Of a stretch of DNA of 64,000 nt, positions 58,823 to 64,000 are shown in pieces. The stretch is from Oligoflexia bacterium. Lineage in GTDB: Bacteria > Bdellovibrionota_G > JANQFH01. Position numbers and translations under genes: made by a program. Position 1 is the stretch's first letter. Each line of letters begins with the position of its first letter. Location: NCBI GenBank assembly GCA_028277945.1, contig JANQFH010000068.1, forward strand, positions 272,400 to 336,399, in the 5' to 3' direction. Under the pieces are notes generated by a model, which searched no databases, was not told the DNA's origin, and saw nothing but the letters and a program-made list of their open reading frames with translations.

Positions 58823-61376
58823 GTTTTGCTAAGGGTGCTACCGCGGCCATCGGTGGCTGCTTCTCAAGGGCAAAGATTGCCGACCAAATCTCTGGACACC
58901 CCAGCTCTTGGGTGAGGAATTGTCCAACACGGGGTGGAGCGCCTTGGCTGCTATTCCACTTTAGGGTGAACTCTACATCCAGTGGATTTTGATTGTAGAG
59001 GATAAAGTTTTCTAGAAGGCTAGCCGAGCAATCTCCCTGATCTTTGTGGCTGGCGAGCTGCGTTGCCCTCTTGCCTACCGAGTTGACCACCACGGCTTGT
59101 TCAACTGAGAGCTCATCGCCAATTTGTCTAAGGCGGAAACGACTCTGGCATGGTTTGCTAATGTTTTCTCCCACGGCTTTTTCATGGATTTCAATGGCAC
59201 TGAGTTCTTCAGGTAGAAAATCGTGCAGCTGAACTAAGAGCTTGTCTGCAATGAACTCTGGCAACTCTCCGAGCACATGGAATTGTACCTGCTCATAGCC
59301 ACTGGCAACACCAACGGGTAGTGCCGGAGAAAAACTGAGTTTGGCATGAGGTGAGTAGCCCTGGGAATACTTTAAGTACAGACCGTTTTGTTTCAGCGCC
59401 TGTTTGAGACCGCGTTCGATAAGATTGGCCATATCACGCTGTCCGAGCCAGCGCAGCTTACCCTGTTTGGTATAGGTGAGAACCAACGTTGTAAACGTGT
59501 TTGGGTCGATTGCATTGCCCGCTTGGTTTTCAAGTGGTTTGGTGTCAATGAGTTCGTCAAGGCGATCGACCTTGGGTGCCAATTTGATGTCCTTGTAGTT
59601 GCCGGGGATGCCGCAGTGGTGACAATCACCCCACTTGCAGTCACTGACACCAACGCCGGCATAGGCACGCTGACGTTCCTTAGCGAGATAGTTTTTTGCC
59701 AAGCCAATGTGGATAAAGTCCCACGGTAGCAATTTGTCCATAGGTTGCTCGCGAATAAAGGGCATGGGATCGACAGCCGATTCCTCAAAGGCGCGCATCC
59801 AACCGGCGAAATTGAAATGCTCGGAGAAGCTATCGAAGCAGTGGCCGTTCTTATAATAGTTGTAGATCGCTTTGGCCACGGAACGGTCACCCCGGCTAAG
59901 CACGCATTCGATAAAAGCCTCTTTGGGCTCATGCCATTTGAGCTTTGTCTGTCTGTGGATGAGGTTTTCTTGCAGGTAGCGCAAGTGATCTTCCAGCTCG
60001 GCCAACTCTCGAAAGGGTTCCCACTGAAAGGGGGTAAAGGGTTTGGGCACAAAGGTGCCAATGCTGACGTGCACTCGCTTGGGGCGACCACTCTTTGGCG
60101 CTATCCCGAGGATGTTTTCCGTTAGCGTGATGATGCTCTTAATGTCGGTACGGGTCTCTGTAGGTAGGTTGATCATGATATAGAGTTTGATGAGGTTCCA
60201 ACCTTTGCTAAAGGCAATACGAGCAGCCTCCAACATTTCAGCATCGGAGATGTTTTTGTTGATCACACGGCGTAGCCTCTCACTACCTGCTTCAGGTGCG
60301 AAGGTGAAACCACTGCGACGCACTTCACCCGCTTGATCGGCGAGTTTGACCGAGAGCGCGTCAGCACGCAACGACGGCAGTGAAATGGAAATCTTGTCCT
60401 GTTTGAACTGCTGGTTGATCGCCCGGGTGAGTGGTTCCACTTGCGAGTAGTCTGCTGTCGACAGGGAGAGCAGACCAAGCTCATCTACACCCGTGGCATC
60501 GATTCCCTTTTTAGCTAGTTTAAGAATGTCTTGGACTGCCATCTCACGTGCGGGACGATAGAAGTAGCCAGCTTGACAGTATCGACAGCCTTGGGTGCAA
60601 CCACGCATCACCTCGACGCTAACGCGGTCGTGTACGGTTTTGATCACAGGTACTAATGGGGTTTCCGGGTAGTTGGCGGGGTTGAGATCACTTACCCAGC
60701 GCCGTTTGATACGCTCGGCAAATGGAATCGATTCATTACGCTGAATTCTAGCTGCATGGTTGTGGATTTGTGGCACATAAAAACCCCGTAGCTGCGCCAG
60801 TGCCTCAAGTCGACGCTGTCGGCTAGGGATGTCACGAAAAATCTGCAACATCTCCTCTATCGCCTCTTCAGCATCGCCTATGAGAATAAAATCAAAAAAA
60901 TCAGCAACCGGTTCTGGATTGCACATGGTGGGTCCACCCGCAGCGATAATCGGGTCGTAATTACGGCGCTGGTCTGCAAAGAGAGGAATCTGCGCCAAAT
61001 CCAACAGGTAGGGTATGTTGCTGTAGTTGAGCTCGGTTTGCAGAGAGAAGCCAACGAGATCAAGCTTCTTTAAAGGAGTACGGCTCTCTAGCGTAAGCAG
61101 TGGTAGCTCGCGTTGTTTGAGCAGGCTTGCCATATCGTGCCACGGAGCAAAAACACGTTCGGCGTAACTATCATCGTGGCGATTGATGAGTTCATAGAGG
61201 ATACGGATGCCATTGTGCGACATGCCGATCTCATAGATGTCTGGAAAGACTATGCCGACATGTACTTTGATTTGATCGAGCGTCTTAGTGACTGCATGGG
61301 GCTCACCGCCGACGTAGCGTCCAGGTTTTTCTACATAAGGTAGTAGAGCTTCCCATTGGCGGGCAAGACGGTGCAT
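58770..61376 (-). CDS. large B12-binding radical SAM protein (TIGR03960-type) fused to a DUF2344-like C-terminal domain
   Basis: 868 aa. N-terminal B12-binding-like region 'VHVGIVFPDIYEIGMSHNGIRILY'. Radical SAM cluster 'MRGCTQGCRYCQAGYFYR'. Long C-terminal extension. Confidence 0.7.
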   Translation of the reverse strand: MHRLARQWEALLPYVEKPGRYVGGEPHAVTKTLDQIKVHVGIVFPDIYEIGMSHNGIRILYELINRHDDSYAERVFAPWHDMASLLKQRELPLLTLESRTPLKKLDLVGFSLQTELNYSNIPYLLDLAQIPLFADQRRNYDPIIAAGGPTMCNPEPVADFFDFILIGDAEEAIEEMLQIFRDIPSRQRRLEALAQLRGFYVPQIHNHAARIQRNESIPFAERIKRRWVSDLNPANYPETPLVPVIKTVHDRVSVEVMRGCTQGCRYCQAGYFYRPAREMAVQDILKLAKKGIDATGVDELGLLSLSTADYSQVEPLTRAINQQFKQDKISISLPSLRADALSVKLADQAGEVRRSGFTFAPEAGSERLRRVINKNISDAEMLEAARIAFSKGWNLIKLYIMINLPTETRTDIKSIITLTENILGIAPKSGRPKRVHVSIGTFVPKPFTPFQWEPFRELAELEDHLRYLQENLIHRQTKLKWHEPKEAFIECVLSRGDRSVAKAIYNYYKNGHCFDSFSEHFNFAGWMRAFEESAVDPMPFIREQPMDKLLPWDFIHIGLAKNYLAKERQRAYAGVGVSDCKWGDCHHCGIPGNYKDIKLAPKVDRLDELIDTKPLENQAGNAIDPNTFTTLVLTYTKQGKLRWLGQRDMANLIERGLKQALKQNGLYLKYSQGYSPHAKLSFSPALPVGVASGYEQVQFHVLGELPEFIADKLLVQLHDFLPEELSAIEIHEKAVGENISKPCQSRFRLRQIGDELSVEQAVVVNSVGKRATQLASHKDQGDCSASLLENFILYNQNPLDVEFTLKWNSSQGAPPRVGQFLTQELGCPEIWSAIFALEKQPPMAAVAPLAKLSGAADVEAARTHHLAL

Positions 61377-61409
61377 CTTTACTCTCTATAACCGAAAGTA
61401 AGCCGTGGT

Positions 61410-62363
61410 TCAACCAACCCTAGCTGCGGTGAGATTGTCTTGTACGGCGTCTAGATTGCGTTGCCATCCCTTATGACCACAGCGCTCAAGCGGACTATCA
61501 CCAATGAGGTCCCAGAAGGACGTTGCCGTGGGTGTTTGCAGTTTATTAAGATCCCCCTCAATCAGCAACGGGTTGATGCCGGCGTTGTAAAAGTCGCCAT
61601 CTACAGCATCACGGTTCCAAGGGCATACCTCTTGGCAGATGTCACAGCCGAACAGATGCTCAGCGACCATACTCTTCTCCTGTTGGGTGAAGTCGCCACG
61701 CTTTTCAATGGTGAGATAGGCGATGCACTTACGGCTGTCTAACGTATAGGGGGCAACTAGTGCACCGGTAGGACAGGCGTCAAGACAGGCTGTGCAGCTA
61801 CCACAGTGAGCCCTGCTTGGTTGACTGGGAGTGAGCTCAAGATCGGTGAGAATCTCGCCAAGAAAGAGATAGGATCCTAGCTTCCTATCCATGAGCATGG
61901 CGTTTTTACCAATCCAACCAATGCCTGCACGCGCTGCGTATTCGCGCTCCAGCACCGGTGCGGTATCGACACAGAAGCGTGCTCGTGCCTGCAGGCCAAA
62001 CTCAGCAGAGAAGAGCTGCCAGAATTGGCGCATTTTTGTCTTTAGCAGCTGGTGGTAATCACGACCCAGAGCATAACGGGCAACCTTCCCTTTGCGTTTG
62101 GTTTCTCCGCCTTGGCTTTGCTTCTTGCTGTTATAACTCCAGGCAAAACAGAGGATGCTACGCGCGCCTGGCAGCAGTTTTGTTGGATCGAGACGCAAGG
62201 AAGCATGTTTTTGCATGTAGTGCATCTCACCGTGCATACCAGCTGCAAGCCATTGCAGATATGCCTCTTGTTGGTCTGGGGGGGTTGTAGTAGCTACACC
62301 TACGGCATCGAGGCCAACCTCTCTGCACAGTTGGTTGAGCTTGGTTTGACTGACTTGTAACAT
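61410..62363 (-). CDS. queG: tRNA epoxyqueuosine(34) reductase
   Basis: 317 aa. Two 4Fe-4S ferredoxin motifs 'CGSCTACLDACP' and 'CDICQEVCPWN'. QueG N-terminal and HEAT-like C-terminal blocks. Confidence 0.85.
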   Translation of the reverse strand: MLQVSQTKLNQLCREVGLDAVGVATTTPPDQQEAYLQWLAAGMHGEMHYMQKHASLRLDPTKLLPGARSILCFAWSYNSKKQSQGGETKRKGKVARYALGRDYHQLLKTKMRQFWQLFSAEFGLQARARFCVDTAPVLEREYAARAGIGWIGKNAMLMDRKLGSYLFLGEILTDLELTPSQPSRAHCGSCTACLDACPTGALVAPYTLDSRKCIAYLTIEKRGDFTQQEKSMVAEHLFGCDICQEVCPWNRDAVDGDFYNAGINPLLIEGDLNKLQTPTATSFWDLIGDSPLERCGHKGWQRNLDAVQDNLTAARVG

Positions 62364-62382
62364 TTACCTGCCTGCAGCGCTG

Positions 62383-63507
62383 CTATGCTCGGAGATATTC
62401 AACCAAGTGGGTTGCAATGCGCTCTCCGGTCCGACCATCCCATTGCCATTTGCTGAAGTCCTGTGGCGTTTTGCTGTTTCCAGCAAGGATTTCGCGGCAG
62501 ACGGCCAAGACTTTGTCACTGTTGGTACCAACGAGATAGTTCGTGCCAAAATCAACGGTAAATGGCCGTTCGGTATTTTCTCTGAGCGTTACACATGGAA
62601 TATCGAGGACGCTTGTCTCCTCTTGTAGGCCGCCGGAATCGGTTAGAACCAGACGAGATTGCAACACTAGGCTGAGAAAGTTGAGATAGCTCTGCGGCTC
62701 AACCACCGAGATCTTTTGGTTGTTTTTCAACGTACCTAACAAACCAAATAGTTCGAGATTCTTTTTAGTACGTGGATGTACTGGAAAGACCAAGGGGAGC
62801 TCCTGACTCAGTTCTCCAAGCAAACCGACCATTTTTTTTAACTGTTCTGGAACATCAACGTTGGAGGGTCGATGTAGTGTGACGATGGCGTAGCCTTTGG
62901 CCGGCAGTGATAGAGCTTGCCACTGTTGCATGGCTTCCGCCTGCTTTTGATAACGCACAAGATAGTCGATCATAATGTTGCCGACCATGTGGATCTTTTT
63001 GCTGTCAACACCCTCCTTAGCGAGTTGTTCATCTGCCATTGGATGTGTGGTGAAGAGCAGCTCACATATGACATCCGTACAGATACGGTTGATCTCCTCG
63101 GGCATACGGCGGTCAAAGCTGCGCAGGCCAGCTTCTACGTGAGCAACAGGTATATGGTTTTGTACAGCAACCCAGGCGCTAGCAAAGGTGGAGTTGACAT
63201 CACCAACGACCACGACCAGATTAGGTTTTAATTGCAACAGTTCTTTCTCCAGGGCAACCATGATACGACCGGTCTGATCACCCAAAAGGCCGCCCGCTAT
63301 ACCTAAATAGATGTCAGGTTGACGTAGCTTAAGGTCGCGAAAGAAGACCTCTGACATATTGGTATCGAAATGTTGGCCGGTGTGCAGAATAACGTGTTCA
63401 ATACTTGAATGCTGTTTTAGCGATTCTTCAATCGGCCCTACCTTCATAAAGTTAGGACGCGTGCCAACAACAGAGAGGATGACGCGTTTTTGCTCAGAGG
63501 CGGACAT
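62383..63507 (-). CDS. wecB: UDP-N-acetylglucosamine 2-epimerase (non-hydrolysing)
   Basis: 374 aa. 'ILSVVGTRPNFMKVGPI' N-terminus and 'DSGGLQEE' catalytic block. Confidence 0.85.
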   Translation of the reverse strand: MSASEQKRVILSVVGTRPNFMKVGPIEESLKQHSSIEHVILHTGQHFDTNMSEVFFRDLKLRQPDIYLGIAGGLLGDQTGRIMVALEKELLQLKPNLVVVVGDVNSTFASAWVAVQNHIPVAHVEAGLRSFDRRMPEEINRICTDVICELLFTTHPMADEQLAKEGVDSKKIHMVGNIMIDYLVRYQKQAEAMQQWQALSLPAKGYAIVTLHRPSNVDVPEQLKKMVGLLGELSQELPLVFPVHPRTKKNLELFGLLGTLKNNQKISVVEPQSYLNFLSLVLQSRLVLTDSGGLQEETSVLDIPCVTLRENTERPFTVDFGTNYLVGTNSDKVLAVCREILAGNSKTPQDFSKWQWDGRTGERIATHLVEYLRA

Positions 63508-63605
63508 GCCGGCTTTTACTTACCTGCGCTGTACAGTGACAGATCGTATTTGCCGTGTCAATTGCTCACAGTCTCTATGCCCTTGGCTTTCTTGACTTTT
63601 ACAGG

Positions 63606-64000
63606 GTGAGCTGTGAGGATACCGCTGTGGAAAGCATTCCCATCGTCGTTGCCGATATAGACGACGACGATGCCGCAGCGACAATGGAAGTCTTGCGTCG
63701 TCGATGGCCCGGCCAAGGTCCAAAGGTCGAGGCCCTCGAGGAGGAGGGCGCGACGTTGACGAAACGTCAGCACGCAGTAGCGTGTCACTCTGGTACTGCG
63801 GCGTTGCACTTGACGCTCTTAAGCCTTGGTGTTGGCAGCAATGATCTGGTTATGACACCAGCCTTTAGCTTTGTTGCCTCTGCCAACGTTGTGGAATACT
63901 GTGGAGCCAAACCGCTCTTTGTCGATATCGATCTCGCCACCTATAATATTGACCCAGCTGCTTTGGCAGGCCATTGCAAGCAGCAGCAGGACAAGATCGC
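63606..64000 (+). CDS. DegT/DnrJ/EryC1/StrS-family sugar aminotransferase (5' partial, runs off window end)
   Basis: Frame 0 translation '...ESIPIVVADIDDDDAAATMEVLRRRWPGQGPKVEALEEEGATLTKRQHAVACHSGTAALHLTLLSLGVGSNDLVMTPAFSFVASANVVEYCGAKPLFVDIDLATYNID...' has no stop before 64000, which is why it is absent from the ORF track. Start is GTG 63606 or 63627. Divergent from wecB. Confidence 0.7.
   Translation, partial: MSCEDTAVESIPIVVADIDDDDAAATMEVLRRRWPGQGPKVEALEEEGATLTKRQHAVACHSGTAALHLTLLSLGVGSNDLVMTPAFSFVASANVVEYCGAKPLFVDIDLATYNIDPAALAGHCKQQQDKI

Noticed and set aside
1-64000. CRISPR arrays, IS elements or transposases, integrases, rRNA genes
   Set aside because: No short regularly spaced direct repeats, no transposase or integrase-like ORFs and no rRNA-like sequence were detected on reading through. 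The only island-like region (51600-57266) lacks a recognisable recombinase.

Overview
This is a 64-kb bacterial chromosomal segment of roughly 55% GC. Gene boundaries are tightly packed and many neighbouring genes overlap by 4 nt. Lipoprotein lipoboxes and a complete Bat-type operon are present; a spirochaete (Leptospiraceae-like) origin is possible but is only an inference.

Main content from 5' to 3':
- An alpha/beta hydrolase and a rhomboid protease.
- A long minus-strand operon running hyp130–grpE–moxR–DUF58–small membrane protein–VWA(BatA)–VWA+TPR(BatB)–BatD-like–TPR. This is the 'Bacteroides aerotolerance' (Bat) type.
- A PHP phosphoesterase.
- A selenophosphate synthetase (selD) with an in-frame UGA selenocysteine codon, followed by folC–folP–folK.
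- An HpnH-like radical SAM protein, and a perfect 50-bp palindrome that has a half-copy at the start of the window.
- A lipoprotein with thrombospondin-type-3-like Asp-rich repeats.
- A P5C dehydrogenase, tdh–kbl, an aminotransferase and a class I FBP aldolase.
- A 470-bp intergenic region with two long nested hairpins, which is a candidate structured RNA.
- An outer membrane beta-barrel protein, YjbQ, a PQQ sugar dehydrogenase, an MBL hydrolase and a 2-hydroxyacid dehydrogenase.
- A 16-kb peptide/opine-type ABC transporter locus. It carries SEVEN tandem paralogous family-5 substrate-binding proteins around a single permease pair and a single ATPase pair.
- A P-loop protein and a DUF4143 AAA ATPase, then phnDCE.
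- An AT-richer islet of about 5.6 kb with three toxin–antitoxin modules (one orphaned) and secreted or membrane hypothetical proteins. It abuts a 96-nt tRNA-Sec (selC) with an 8-bp acceptor stem and a UCA anticodon.
- A TauE/SafE exporter.
- A cluster of four DnaA boxes (3 perfect TTATCCACA).
- A 2Fe-2S ferredoxin, a giant B12-binding radical SAM protein, queG, wecB and a partial DegT aminotransferase.

No IS elements, CRISPR arrays or rRNA genes were seen.
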